Source: Coraliomargarita sp. (GTDB taxonomy: Bacteria; Verrucomicrobiota; Verrucomicrobiia; Opitutales; Coraliomargaritaceae). Taken from it: DNA of 64,000 nt. The position numbers and the translations under genes are program-made. Of this stretch, positions 47,623 to 58,093 are shown one piece after another. The DNA is taken from assembly GCA_965216325.1 (NCBI GenBank), contig OZ244160.1:288001-352000 (forward strand), in the 5' to 3' direction. The first letter of the stretch is position 1, and the number at the start of each line of letters is the position of its first letter. The notes below the pieces were generated by a model. The model made no database searches. It saw nothing but the letters and a program-made list of their open reading frames with translations, and had not been told where the DNA came from.

Positions 47623-48644
47623 GTTTTGCGCATCTATGGATCCTCCTGTTCATCCCGCTGGTGCTTTGGCTTTTGCGCCGCCGCCGTAGTCGAACTTCAG
47701 TTGCAGTGGCTTCCGTGCGACTCTGGCCAGACGAAGAGGCGGGCAAGGCGCGTTTCTTGTGGATTCCGGTCTTCCTGCGTCGTGTAGCGATTATTCTGAT
47801 ACTCGTTGCGATTGCGCGTCCGCAGGCAGGAAGCACTTTTGATCTCGAAGTGACTGAGGGGATCGCGATTCAAATGCTCGTCGATGTCTCCAGTAGTATG
47901 GATATGAGTGTGCGTGATCTGGAGGGCAAGAAGACCTCCCGCATGAACGTCGCGAAAGAATTGGTCGAGCGCTTCATCGCCGGAGATGACGATCTATTGG
48001 ATGGCCGCCCGAATGATCTGATTGGATTGATTACGTTTGCTCGCTATGCCGATACGCGCAGTCCGTTGACCTTTGGGCATGATGCTTTGCTGCAAATTGT
48101 GCGCGGTCTGGAGATTCAGGAACGTCCGAATGAAGATGGCACCGCTTATGGTGATGCCTTGGCGATTGCGGCGGCACGTCTCAACAATCTAGAGGAGTTG
48201 AAACACGGAAGCTCAGGTGTGGATGCAGATGCGATCGAGAGCAAAGTGATCATCCTCTTGACCGATGGTGAGAATAATTCCGGTGCGCATTTGCCTTTGG
48301 AAGCGGCCGGTTTGGCCAAGGCATGGGGCTGTAAGATCTATGTCGTCAGCTTAGGGGAGTCCAATGAGGGCAAAGAGGATCTTGCTGAGGCGAATACACT
48401 CACGGCCGCTGAGCAAGTTCTGGAACACATCAGTCGTGAGACCGGCGGCATCTTCCGACAGGCGCACGACTTGGAGTCCTTAATCGAGGTCTATGCGGAA
48501 ATCGATCAGTTGGAACGTTCACAGATTTCGAATCGTAGTTTTGATCGGGTGGCGGAGTGGTTCTGGCTACCGCTTGCAGTTGGGCTTGGCTGTTTGCTCT
48601 TGGGGTTAATTTTGGAGGCAACTTGGTTGCGCGTGGTGCCATGA
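47619..48644 (+). CDS. batA: BatA-like vWA protein
   Basis: ARPQ, DVSSSM MIDAS, LTDGEN. Confidence 0.85.
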   Translation: MSFAHLWILLFIPLVLWLLRRRRSRTSVAVASVRLWPDEEAGKARFLWIPVFLRRVAIILILVAIARPQAGSTFDLEVTEGIAIQMLVDVSSSMDMSVRDLEGKKTSRMNVAKELVERFIAGDDDLLDGRPNDLIGLITFARYADTRSPLTFGHDALLQIVRGLEIQERPNEDGTAYGDALAIAAARLNNLEELKHGSSGVDADAIESKVIILLTDGENNSGAHLPLEAAGLAKAWGCKIYVVSLGESNEGKEDLAEANTLTAAEQVLEHISRETGGIFRQAHDLESLIEVYAEIDQLERSQISNRSFDRVAEWFWLPLAVGLGCLLLGLILEATWLRVVP

Positions 48645-50764
48645 TAAACGGATTTGTATTTCAATGGCCGGCGATGTTTACGCTCCTGTTACTCGTGCCT
48701 GTGCTCGTTTGGTTGCTCGGATATGCGCGCAAGCAACGCCTGAAGCTGATTGATGCCTTGGGCGGTGGATTGACTACGCATCGACGTTTGCGTGATGTGT
48801 TGCGCGTGCTGGCTTTTGTGTTGGTGGTGTTTGCTTTGGCACGTCCGGGCCACTCGCCACGCAGTGAACCGGTGTCGCGCTATGGCCGTGATGTTGTTTT
48901 TGCACTGGATGTGTCCCGCAGTATGCTGGCTGAAGATGCGAGGCCGAGCCGATTGGAGGTCGCTAAGCAAGGTATTCGCGATGCCTTGGATGACCTCGGC
49001 AATGAGCGTGTCGGACTCGTCGTCTATGCGGGCAGTGCATCGATCCTCTGTCCGCTGACTTACGATTATGATTTTGTTCGTTATATGCTCGAACAGGCGC
49101 ATCCGCGCAGTGTCGACTTCGGTGGCACGACTTTGCAAGCAGCCGTCGAGAAGGTGGTGGACCAAGTTTTTATCGAAGGACGCGAGGGTGTGCAGGATCT
49201 CGTCGTGCTAACGGATGGTGGTGACCATGGTTCTCAGATGGCGAAGGTAGTTGAGATCCTTGAAGCCAAACAGGTGGATGTTTTGGCTGTCGGACTTGGC
49301 GACCCACATCGTGGATCGCCGATTCCGATTGCCGACGCAGATGGCGCTGCCGCCTTTGTGGAACGGGATGGAATTCGCGTTACCACCAAACTCGAAGACG
49401 AGGCCTTACGTAGTTTTGCCGCGAACAGTTCGCATGCGGATTATGTGGCGGTTGGTGTCAGCCCCTTTGATTTGGGGCAGCTGTATCGAGACTATGCGCT
49501 GAATAAACAAGTCGTCGTCGCACAAAGTGATACCGGGGTGCTCATCTATCAGGAGGCTGCAGTCTTCTTCCTCGTGCCAGCCATTGTCTTATTGCTGCTC
49601 TCTGAGTGCTGGGGGGCACGTGGCCTCCAGCTTGGTCAAGCGGCGCTTTGGTTGGCATTTGTTGGACTGACGCCAAGCAGTGAAGCTGCGGATACACAAT
49701 TTCGGGCCGAGTTCGATGCTGCGGTGCAGTTGTTCGAACGCGCGTCGTTTGAGGATGCTGAGCTTCAGTTTGCGACTTTGTATGGTGATGCCTCGGAAGC
49801 ATCTGCGAATCCGGCTGACTTGGCCGCGCTGCAGGTGAATCGGGGGCTGTGCTTGGTTGAACTCGCTAAAGTGCAAGCTGCGCAGAATCCAGCAGTGGCG
49901 TTGTCCTATGCGGAGGCCGCTCAACTGGCCTTCCTCTCTGCCAAGCGATATGCGCCTGATCTAGACCGTGCAGGGCTTCGCTTGCAGTCGACAGCTGCTT
50001 TGCTCGTTGAACTCGAAGAGCAGATCGAGGAGCAACGTGAAGCAGAAGATGAGCTGAATGAGGCGATGCAGGCCTTGATTGAACAACTGCAAGCCTTGCT
50101 CGAAGCGCAGACAAAACTACGTCATACCTGTGACGCGAGCGATGTGAATCGTCGTCCACGTAAGCCGAAAGGGCAACCTGCTCCAGCCGTAGTGGCACCA
50201 CAGACCGCTCCAGAGAATGCAAAGCAGTTTGTGAGTCGTCAGCTGGAGTTGTTGGAAGAAGCTCAGCGCGCCGAGAAAGCCATGCAGGAGATTGATGCGC
50301 AATTATCCGGCGGCATTCCGGGCGTGCCAGCGATGGATACTATTTTGACGGAGCCTCTCAAGTTCATGCAACAGGTGAAGGCTGCGCAAGATCAGGCTGC
50401 AAAGCACCTTGCTGCTTGGGCCTCATGGCCCGCTGGACGTGCCTCGCAGCTATCGGCTGAGCAAACCCTACAAAAGATTTTGGACTTACTCGCGGGTGAC
50501 TCGCAGCAGCACTCGGAGGAGAGCGACGAGTGGGATGAATACGAAGAGGAATACGACTACGAATATATGGAGGATTCCGACCAAGATAGTATGATGAGCT
50601 CTGACTCGATGCAGGGAGACTTTGCCGCGGGCGGTGACATGCAGGAGCTACCAGTGCCAAATTATTCAGCCGAGGATATTCTCCTGGAAGAGCAGGGCAG
50701 TCTGCAGTTCCGCCAGCAAAAACGTGCCAGCGCCAATGCTGCGAAAGTGGAGAAGGACTACTAA
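48641..50764 (+). CDS. BatB-like vWA protein fused to a TPR/coiled-coil (BatC-like) region
   Basis: DVSRSM, LTDG; acidic tail ending VEKDY. Confidence 0.8.
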   Translation: MINGFVFQWPAMFTLLLLVPVLVWLLGYARKQRLKLIDALGGGLTTHRRLRDVLRVLAFVLVVFALARPGHSPRSEPVSRYGRDVVFALDVSRSMLAEDARPSRLEVAKQGIRDALDDLGNERVGLVVYAGSASILCPLTYDYDFVRYMLEQAHPRSVDFGGTTLQAAVEKVVDQVFIEGREGVQDLVVLTDGGDHGSQMAKVVEILEAKQVDVLAVGLGDPHRGSPIPIADADGAAAFVERDGIRVTTKLEDEALRSFAANSSHADYVAVGVSPFDLGQLYRDYALNKQVVVAQSDTGVLIYQEAAVFFLVPAIVLLLLSECWGARGLQLGQAALWLAFVGLTPSSEAADTQFRAEFDAAVQLFERASFEDAELQFATLYGDASEASANPADLAALQVNRGLCLVELAKVQAAQNPAVALSYAEAAQLAFLSAKRYAPDLDRAGLRLQSTAALLVELEEQIEEQREAEDELNEAMQALIEQLQALLEAQTKLRHTCDASDVNRRPRKPKGQPAPAVVAPQTAPENAKQFVSRQLELLEEAQRAEKAMQEIDAQLSGGIPGVPAMDTILTEPLKFMQQVKAAQDQAAKHLAAWASWPAGRASQLSAEQTLQKILDLLAGDSQQHSEESDEWDEYEEEYDYEYMEDSDQDSMMSSDSMQGDFAAGGDMQELPVPNYSAEDILLEEQGSLQFRQQKRASANAAKVEKDY

Positions 50765-50765
50765 G

Positions 50766-53297
50766 ATGCGTTGGTTGATTTCAGTTTGTATATTAGGGTT
50801 GTTCGGCAGTCTTTCGGCTGAAGAGGTGACTGCGTCGGCTGCCGAGCTTGAGGTTCAGGTCGTCCCAATCGAGATACGTGACCAGTCTTTTTTCACGGAT
50901 CGCGTCGCGACAGCGGTGGTTTACTTTGATGCAGTAGTAAAGGCCCCTGAGGAGACAATCTTGGTAACGGATACTTGCAATGTCGTCTCGATCGAGGTGG
51001 CGGAAACTACAGACTCGGTGAAGGGCAAGTCGGCTGCGCTGTTTCGTTTCCTTCCGCTTAAGACCGGCATTGTGACCTTGCCCTCGCTTGAGTTTAAATC
51101 GGTGGAAATCGTCTATCAGACTGCAGAGCAGCAAATACGAGTCGGAGAGCCGCTGCGATCTGCAGAGATGTCCTTATCACTTCAGCCGCAGAAACTGGTC
51201 GTTTATGCAGGAGAGCCCTTGCGACTGGATTTGGCTTGGAACTGTGAGTTACCAGCTGCGGCCTTGCGTGCGCTAAGCTTGAATCCTTCGTTCTTTACCG
51301 ACTCTGCGATCGAGGTCGTAATCCCGCGTAATACCTCCCCCGAAGATATTCAGGTTGGTTTGCCGATTGGCGGGCGTCGCGTAATCGCTGAGCGCATACT
51401 GAACCCAGAGAAGGGCAAACAACTCGGCCGAATCGAGCTACCGATGTATCTGCGCTTCAAAGAGGCAGGTCACTACACCTTACCCGAAACACGTCTGGAT
51501 CTTTCGGTCTTACGAAAAGCGGGTGGGGACTTTGGTCGTTACGCTGCGCACTTTAACAACGGCTTCTTTGAAGCGGTCGATGCCGGCGAGGCGTATGAGC
51601 GTGTCTATGCGACCGCGCCTGCGATTGAGATCGAAGTGTTGCCGCTCCCGGCGGAAGAGCAGCAGGCGAGCTTTAGTGGACTCTTCGCACCGATCGAAAT
51701 CGACATTTCGCTTAAACCGACCGAGGCGAGGATCGGTGAGTTGATGGAGCTTGAAATCAAACTGACCGGCAGGGCGCCTCATGGTATGTTGGAGCTTCCT
51801 CAACTCAGCTTACAGCCCGGACTTCGTGAACGCTTCATCGTTGATGACAACTTTGGCCGCCTGTGGCACGAAGAGGGTACGATCTTTCGCACCAGAGTGC
51901 GTGCACTCAGTACTACGATACAGGGCTTTCCGTCCTTACAGTTTCAAGTCTTCGACCCAGAGACTGGACGATTCACACTGCAGCGCACCGAAGCGATTCC
52001 GTTGGAACTGAGTCCAAGCGTATCAGGCGAAGCATATTTACCACTTAAATCTTTTGAAGGCGCAGCCGTTGCCTTAACGAACCAACCAGAAGGCATCTGG
52101 CATAACATGGAGGCCAATCCTATGAACGATCTTCTCAACAGTCTCTTCAGCTTTGTTCGACAGGCCTTCTGGCCCTTGTTGATTCTTGGCCCGATCGCCT
52201 TCGCTTGTTTGTTGCCGCTGGCTCGTGAGCGACGTCGTCGTGCCTTGGACGAGCGCTACCGTATGCGCGCCGAAGCCTATGCAGCTTTTCGCAAACTTAC
52301 AGGAGACTCACAGGCCAAGTGGAATGCCTTTCTGCGTTTTATGGCGCTGACTTTCAACTCAGCGGATAAGACCTGGACACAAAGTGATACACAAAAAGAA
52401 CTCGCTGAGATCGGGGCAGACGACGCAATGATCGAAGATCTTGTTGCGATGCACCAATCTGCAGACGCTCAGGATTTCAGTGCAGACGGGTCTCAAGCCA
52501 AATTCAAGAATCTGGATACGCTGGCGAAGCAGATCAGCCAGCTAGCAGGGAAATCCGCGCTGCTGTTTTTACTAGTTGTAGTCATACTGCCACGCGATGC
52601 TCAGGCCAATGATTTTACCGATTCGGAACGACTCTTTGCACAAGCTGAAGCAGAAGTTCCCAGCAGCGAGGCAGCAATTGCGCTCTATCAAGATGCAGCT
52701 CTCAAGGCGGAAGCCGCAGCGCGTGCCAACTCACATCCCGGTGTGGCTTGGTATAATGCGGGCAATGCATGGTTCCAGGCAGGCTATCTTGGTCGTGCAA
52801 TCGTCGCCTATCGCAGTGCACAGAATCTCTTACCCTTTGATTCACGCATCATAGAAAATCTCGCTGCAGCGCGTGCCATGGCGCTCAATGATGTGCCTGT
52901 TGAGAAGAGCTGGTGGCAGAAACTGCCACTGACTTGGCTGAAGGTTTTCGTGGTTTTCATTAGTTTCAGCTTTTGGGCTCTGCTTTTGTTGCAGATGCGC
53001 TATCGCCAGCGTCTAATTCTAAGCGCCGCAATAGCGCTTGGCCTGATCCTGCTGGCTGTATCTGGATTACTGATACAACGATCAGTCACTTTCAAGCAAG
53101 CAGGCGTAGTGATTGTGGATGCGGTTTATGCCAAGAAAGGGCCTAGCTATGCGTATGCGAATGCGTTCAATGAGCCCTTGCATGATGGGCTTGAGTTTGT
53201 GCTGATCGAGCAGCGCGGAGACTGGGGGCTGATTGAACTTATCGATACCCGCCAGTGCTGGTTGCCGATGAGTCAGCTACAGCTGATTGAGGAGTAG
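50766..53297 (+). CDS. BatD/BatE-like fusion (TPR and SH3-like C-terminus)
   Basis: WYNAGNAW..GRAIVAY TPR; LHDGLEF..WG..WLP. Confidence 0.75.
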   Translation: MRWLISVCILGLFGSLSAEEVTASAAELEVQVVPIEIRDQSFFTDRVATAVVYFDAVVKAPEETILVTDTCNVVSIEVAETTDSVKGKSAALFRFLPLKTGIVTLPSLEFKSVEIVYQTAEQQIRVGEPLRSAEMSLSLQPQKLVVYAGEPLRLDLAWNCELPAAALRALSLNPSFFTDSAIEVVIPRNTSPEDIQVGLPIGGRRVIAERILNPEKGKQLGRIELPMYLRFKEAGHYTLPETRLDLSVLRKAGGDFGRYAAHFNNGFFEAVDAGEAYERVYATAPAIEIEVLPLPAEEQQASFSGLFAPIEIDISLKPTEARIGELMELEIKLTGRAPHGMLELPQLSLQPGLRERFIVDDNFGRLWHEEGTIFRTRVRALSTTIQGFPSLQFQVFDPETGRFTLQRTEAIPLELSPSVSGEAYLPLKSFEGAAVALTNQPEGIWHNMEANPMNDLLNSLFSFVRQAFWPLLILGPIAFACLLPLARERRRRALDERYRMRAEAYAAFRKLTGDSQAKWNAFLRFMALTFNSADKTWTQSDTQKELAEIGADDAMIEDLVAMHQSADAQDFSADGSQAKFKNLDTLAKQISQLAGKSALLFLLVVVILPRDAQANDFTDSERLFAQAEAEVPSSEAAIALYQDAALKAEAAARANSHPGVAWYNAGNAWFQAGYLGRAIVAYRSAQNLLPFDSRIIENLAAARAMALNDVPVEKSWWQKLPLTWLKVFVVFISFSFWALLLLQMRYRQRLILSAAIALGLILLAVSGLLIQRSVTFKQAGVVIVDAVYAKKGPSYAYANAFNEPLHDGLEFVLIEQRGDWGLIELIDTRQCWLPMSQLQLIEE

Positions 53298-53304
53298 GGA
53301 TTTA

Positions 53305-53622
53305 CTATTTTCTACCGTAGGCAGATTGTTCGTCTGCAACTGCACCGACACTTCTATCTTTTTCGACGAGATCCCCTTCGACGTATTGGTGGATGAGGCC
53401 GGAGATGAGGGCCTGATAAGGAATGCCTTTTTGCGCGGCCTTGCGTTGGATGCCTTGTAGGTCGTGGCTGCTCAGAGGTATGTTAATACGTTTGCCCTTC
53501 TTAAAGGTGTCGTCGCTTGAGCGGGCGAGCATCTTCAGCAGTTCGCTCGATGGTGTTTCGAGTTTCATTTGGCCGCTTTCATAAGCTTCAAGAAGCTCTT
53601 TTTCTTCGGGATCTAGTTTCAT
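53305..53622 (-). CDS. CopG/BrnA-like antitoxin
   Basis: KRINIPLS..GIPYQALI..IHQYV ribbon-helix-helix-like pattern. Confidence 0.82.
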   Translation of the reverse strand: MKLDPEEKELLEAYESGQMKLETPSSELLKMLARSSDDTFKKGKRINIPLSSHDLQGIQRKAAQKGIPYQALISGLIHQYVEGDLVEKDRSVGAVADEQSAYGRK

Positions 53623-53899
53623 TTGGGTTCGATCTCCTTTCTCAACTCTTTGGTCGCTTTTCGACTCGGGAAGGCTCTCTTCAGAAAAATGGTTTCGTCG
53701 TCTTGGATATAGGGAACGAGGTAGATGTAATTGTTGATCGGAATGAAGAATACTTCCAGATGAGGATAGTCTTCGACATTCGGGTGTTTTGTTTTTTCCA
53801 GATGATTCCGTTGCTAAGTAATAGCGCGATTTCTTCGAAGGAGGTGCCACGTTCGGCCTTGAGCCATTCTTTTTTCTCAGGATCCCAGTCAAATTTCAC
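53619..53899 (-). pseudogene. BrnT-like toxin with a 1-nt frameshift in an A6 run
   Basis: FDWDPEK..ERGTSFEEI, then a shifted frame HPN..YLVPY..IFLK..PSRKAT; T6 at 53792-53797. Confidence 0.8.
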
Positions 53900-54009
53900 A
53901 GATAGTAGTGTGTGCCTTTTAGGCATCCTGTTAATTTATGTTTAAGTAGGAAGGCTACGGCGTATGCTATGAGCTTTTCTTTTCAGTTAAACTCAATGAT
54001 TCTGCCGTC

Positions 54010-54453
54010 ATGTATCGCTATACACTCATCGCCATTGGAAAAATGAAGAACCGCTCGTTGGCGGCGCTCTGTGATGACTTCTCCAAGCGCTTGAAGCGGC
54101 AGGGTAACTTTGAGTTGGTTGAATTGAAGGACGGTGATGTCGAAAGTGAAGGCCAGCGTATCTTAGAAGCGCTCGCAAAGCGTGGTGATGCACAGGTGTT
54201 CGCGATGGCAGAGGAAGGCAAGACACGCAGTTCAGCAAGGCTTGCAAAAGAATTATATGCGCTGCAGGGCCAACCGGCAGTGTTTATTATCGGTGGGGCT
54301 TATGGTTTGAGTGAAGCGGTGAAGCAGCGCGCGGATGGTCTGTTTGCACTCTCACCGATGACTTTTACTCACGAGATCGCTCGGATGATTTTGTGCGAAC
54401 AGCTTTACCGGGCGGTTTCGATCAATGCCGGATCAAAGTATCACCACGAGTGA
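54010..54453 (+). CDS. rlmH: 23S rRNA pseudouridine1915-N3 methyltransferase
   Basis: FIIGGAYG, MTFTHE, EQLYRA, KYHH. Confidence 0.95.
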   Translation: MYRYTLIAIGKMKNRSLAALCDDFSKRLKRQGNFELVELKDGDVESEGQRILEALAKRGDAQVFAMAEEGKTRSSARLAKELYALQGQPAVFIIGGAYGLSEAVKQRADGLFALSPMTFTHEIARMILCEQLYRAVSINAGSKYHHE

Positions 54454-54459
54454 TCAAAG

Positions 54460-54566
54460 GTAGGGGCTTCGCTTGCCATTCGACCATGAGCTCAGGCCGA
54501 AGGGCGGAGCCCGTCTGACCGGAAGGATGGCTTAAACTTTGCGGGCGTCGCAAGCAACGCCCCTAC
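54460..54566. repeat. GTAG-type REP doublet with a nested 29-bp palindrome (54476-54504)
   Basis: GTAGGGGCTTCGCTTG[insert]CGGAGCCC ... GGGCGTCGCAAGCAACGCCCCTAC. Confidence 0.78.
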
Positions 54567-54569
54567 GGC

Positions 54570-55589
54570 TTAGCTTAATCGCTGCAAAATGGGTTGGAAC
54601 GCAGGACGAATGTGTTCCGCCAAGTCCTGATTCGCATAGGCGACCCAATTCACTGCAGTGGTCGTATCCAAAGGGCAATTCAGTTGGCTGCCGTCTGGAT
54701 GCTCAATCACGCAGCCTGCTTCTTCAAGGAGCAGGGCACCTGCAACATCATAGGGATGTGCACAGAGGTTGTCTTGAATGTCCAGCACACTGAAGGCAAG
54801 TGGTCGAATGTCGGCGATGAATCGGTCGTGCCCGGCAAGCATCTCATAGATTTGACCACCGCTTGAAATATATTGGTCATTGAAGACCACGGGTGTGCCA
54901 TTGCCGTCATCCCCATAGAGTGCCTCCCAGAGTGCTTCTTCGATCTGCGCGAGCAGGGTTAAGCCTGCAGGGAAGAAGCGGCTGATGGTTCCAAAGGCAT
55001 GACGCACATCACTGGCTTGGCTGGGGCGTAGCTCGATCGCTGTAGTTGAAAACTGATTACGCACATCAATCGCAACGGTCTTTAGTCCGCCGCCGCGTGT
55101 GGCACTCAGTTGATCCGCTCGCCACTGTCTTGAGGTTGGAATTTCCGTCATCGCGGAGACTTGGATATCCTGGAGACAGTTCTCGTCGCCCCGTTGCGGT
55201 GCGATGGCTGCGATGATCCATGCTGAGCGCTTGTCATACATGATGCCGCGGGTGCCGTCGATTGGATCGATGATGCACTTGAGGCGGGTTTCGGAGAGGG
55301 GGGTGTCGCTGGGGTAAGTGAGCGTCTCTGTATCTTCCAGACCTTCCATTATGATCTGGACTGGATGCTCGGCGCTCCAATTGGTCTTGAACCAGGCCTC
55401 GATCGCGGACTCGGCCACTTTATCGATGGCATAGATCACATCGGCTGCCGTTTCTTCTGAAATTGCCGCTAGCTCCTCGGGTTGGTGGCTTTCTCTGGCT
55501 GTCAGGATCGCTTTAAGGATGCTGAGTTGGAGGTCGCAGAGTTGGTCCTGCAGCTGGACTTTGAGTTGAGTATCCACGCTCTCGGTCAT
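54570..55589 (-). CDS. Inositol monophosphatase-family protein
   Basis: IIDPIDGT, YDVAGALLLEEAG. Confidence 0.85.
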   Translation of the reverse strand: MTESVDTQLKVQLQDQLCDLQLSILKAILTARESHQPEELAAISEETAADVIYAIDKVAESAIEAWFKTNWSAEHPVQIIMEGLEDTETLTYPSDTPLSETRLKCIIDPIDGTRGIMYDKRSAWIIAAIAPQRGDENCLQDIQVSAMTEIPTSRQWRADQLSATRGGGLKTVAIDVRNQFSTTAIELRPSQASDVRHAFGTISRFFPAGLTLLAQIEEALWEALYGDDGNGTPVVFNDQYISSGGQIYEMLAGHDRFIADIRPLAFSVLDIQDNLCAHPYDVAGALLLEEAGCVIEHPDGSQLNCPLDTTTAVNWVAYANQDLAEHIRPAFQPILQRLS

Positions 55590-55668
55590 GCGGTAGAGTT
55601 TGCCGCTTTGCAACTCTTTCGCGGTGTTCTTCCTTGCCATTGGATACGATAGACTAAGCCTGTGAGGT

Positions 55669-56760
55669 ATGAGCAAACGATTTGTTGTGATCATGGCCGG
55701 TGGCCGAGGGGAGCGTTTTTGGCCGGAAAGCCGTTTGGCGCGCCCAAAGCAGTTATTGCCGATTGTCGGCGAGAAAGCCATGTTGGCGCAGACGGTGGAT
55801 CGTCTCGCTGGCTTAGTGGATGCCAAAGATGTCTTTGTGATTACCAATGCTGAGCAACGCGATGCGGTTTTGGAGGTCTGCCCGGATCTGGATCCCGCTA
55901 AGGTGATTGGCGAGCCGATGGGGCGTGATACCGCGGCTGCGGTTGGCTTGGCAACGGTGCTGGTGCGCCGAGAAGATCCGGATGCAACCTTTGCGATGCT
56001 GCCAGCAGATGCCGTGATTCACGATGCGGAAGGGCTTCGCTCGACGCTCGAGACTGCCTTCAGCGTGGCTGAGGCTCAGTCGGTGCTGGCGACGATCGGT
56101 ATTACCGCGAGCTTCCCGGCGACTGGATACGGTTATATTCAACAAGGCGATGTGCTGGGTGAGTTCGCTGGGCGCACGGTGTTCAATGTGAAGCGCTTTG
56201 TCGAGAAGCCTGACCTGGCGACGGCCGAGAGCTACCTGGAATCCGGTGATTACTTCTGGAACGCGGGCATGTTTGTCTGGTCGGTTGCATCGATTGTAGC
56301 TGAGTTGGAAAGCAGCACAGCCTCGCTTTGGTCCTCGTTGCAGGCAATCGATGCAGGGCTGGAAGCGGGCACGGACTTGAATGCGCTTCTGGCTGAACAC
56401 TATCCGAACTTGGAGAAGATCTCGGTCGACTACGCGATCATCGAGAAGGCGCGGAATGTCGTCATGGTTGAGTCCGGTTTTGATTGGGATGATGTCGGGG
56501 AGTGGCCCGCAGTTGAACGCCACTACCCAGCGGATGAAGCGGGCAACGTGGTGCGTGGCTCAGCGCACCTAGAGCAGGCATCCGGCAATATCGTCTTTTC
56601 CCGTGACGAGGATCACCTCGTGGCCTTGCTCGGTGTGGATGACTTGATCGTGGTGAAGACTGACGACGCGACTCTGGTGTGCCATAAGGACAAGGCGCAG
56701 GAAATCAAAGCGCTGGTTCAGGCAGTTGGCGCGAAAGAAGCCTACCGGAAACTCATGTGA
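55669..56760 (+). CDS. manC: Mannose-1-phosphate guanylyltransferase
   Basis: IMAGGRGERFWP, TGYGYI, FVEKP, WDDVG. Confidence 0.93.
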   Translation: MSKRFVVIMAGGRGERFWPESRLARPKQLLPIVGEKAMLAQTVDRLAGLVDAKDVFVITNAEQRDAVLEVCPDLDPAKVIGEPMGRDTAAAVGLATVLVRREDPDATFAMLPADAVIHDAEGLRSTLETAFSVAEAQSVLATIGITASFPATGYGYIQQGDVLGEFAGRTVFNVKRFVEKPDLATAESYLESGDYFWNAGMFVWSVASIVAELESSTASLWSSLQAIDAGLEAGTDLNALLAEHYPNLEKISVDYAIIEKARNVVMVESGFDWDDVGEWPAVERHYPADEAGNVVRGSAHLEQASGNIVFSRDEDHLVALLGVDDLIVVKTDDATLVCHKDKAQEIKALVQAVGAKEAYRKLM

Positions 56761-56858
56761 ACTTCCGCAAGGTTGAACATCGAACGCTAAATAGTGAACT
56801 TTGAATTAGCAGGATCGGTCGTCTGGCTTCTGTTCTCTGAAATCTGATTTCTGACACA

Positions 56859-57305
56859 ATGAATTATCTCGGTATTGATTGGGGGGAGAAGCGTATCGGC
56901 CTCGCGCATGCGGATGAGGTCGGTATCGCCTTGCCGCTGCAGGCTGCGGTGGCGCCCTCGAAGAAGGCTCGCATGCAGCACATTGAGCAAATGATTCGTG
57001 AACGCCGAATCGATGAGCTTGTGGTCGGCTATCCGCTCAATATGGACGGTTCGGTAGGATTTAAGGCCAAGGAAGTCGACGTGTTTATTGGTGAGTTGGA
57101 ACGACGTTTTAAACTGCCGGTTCATCGTATCGACGAGCGCTTGTCCAGCCACTCGGTGGAGCAAGGCTTGAAGGGACAGAAGAAAAAGCCCGATCGCAAG
57201 AGCGGTGAGATCGACTCGCGGGCTGCGGCACTAATTCTGCAGGACTTTGTAGAAGAACGGAATATGAATCAGCCAATGCCCATGCCAGAGGAGGACTGGG
57301 ATTAG
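56859..57305 (+). CDS. ruvX: YqgF/RuvX nuclease
   Basis: GIDWGEKRIG, VVGYP, DERLSS, IDSRAA. Confidence 0.93.
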   Translation: MNYLGIDWGEKRIGLAHADEVGIALPLQAAVAPSKKARMQHIEQMIRERRIDELVVGYPLNMDGSVGFKAKEVDVFIGELERRFKLPVHRIDERLSSHSVEQGLKGQKKKPDRKSGEIDSRAAALILQDFVEERNMNQPMPMPEEDWD

Positions 57306-57373
57306 GCTAAAAAACTTAGAATTCCTTGCTTGACCGCATGCCCTGAGCGTGGGCATTTTACGCATTTGCTTCA

Positions 57374-57449
<76 letters not shown>

Positions 57450-57550
57450 TTAAAAGCCCGCGTTCTGCGGGCTTTTGTGTTTATTCTGAAAATTCGTGAA
57501 AATAGGGTTGATCTTCATTCGTAGCGCGCTTTTCTCATCGGCTCTGGTAT

Positions 57551-57641
<91 letters not shown>

Positions 57642-57685
57642 TTTCCAACACCCGCAGCAATGTGGGTTTTTTAATAGTACTACCC

Positions 57686-58090
57686 ATGGAAGAAACACTT
57701 ATCATCCTAAAGCCTGACTGCATGGAGAAGCGCATTGCGGGCGAAGTCATTTCACGCTTTGAAAAAGCTGGTTTCGATATCGTTGCCTCCAAGGTGATGC
57801 AACTCGATGGCCCAATCCTCCGTGAGCACTACGCGCACGTTGCGGATAAGCCGTTCTTCCCTGAGATCGAGGCATTCATGAGCTCTTGCCCGGTGATGCC
57901 AATGATACTTCGTGGCGACGGTGTGATTGCTAAGGTGCGTGATCTCCTCGGCCCAACGAACTCTCAAGAAGCGCCAGCAGGCACCATTCGCGGTGATCTG
58001 GGCACTGATATGATGCGCAATGTGGTGCATGCTTCGGACGGTCCGGAAACTGCAGCTGCTGAGAAGAAGCGCTTCTTCCCTGAGCTCTAA
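57686..58090 (+). CDS. ndk: Nucleoside diphosphate kinase
   Basis: ILKPD, GTIRGD, NVVHASD. Confidence 0.96.
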   Translation: MEETLIILKPDCMEKRIAGEVISRFEKAGFDIVASKVMQLDGPILREHYAHVADKPFFPEIEAFMSSCPVMPMILRGDGVIAKVRDLLGPTNSQEAPAGTIRGDLGTDMMRNVVHASDGPETAAAEKKRFFPEL

Positions 58091-58093
58091 GCT

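Noticed and set aside
54430..54460. rlmH 3' end as an island attachment site
   Set aside because: No duplicated rlmH end or recombinase nearby; only a REP doublet follows.
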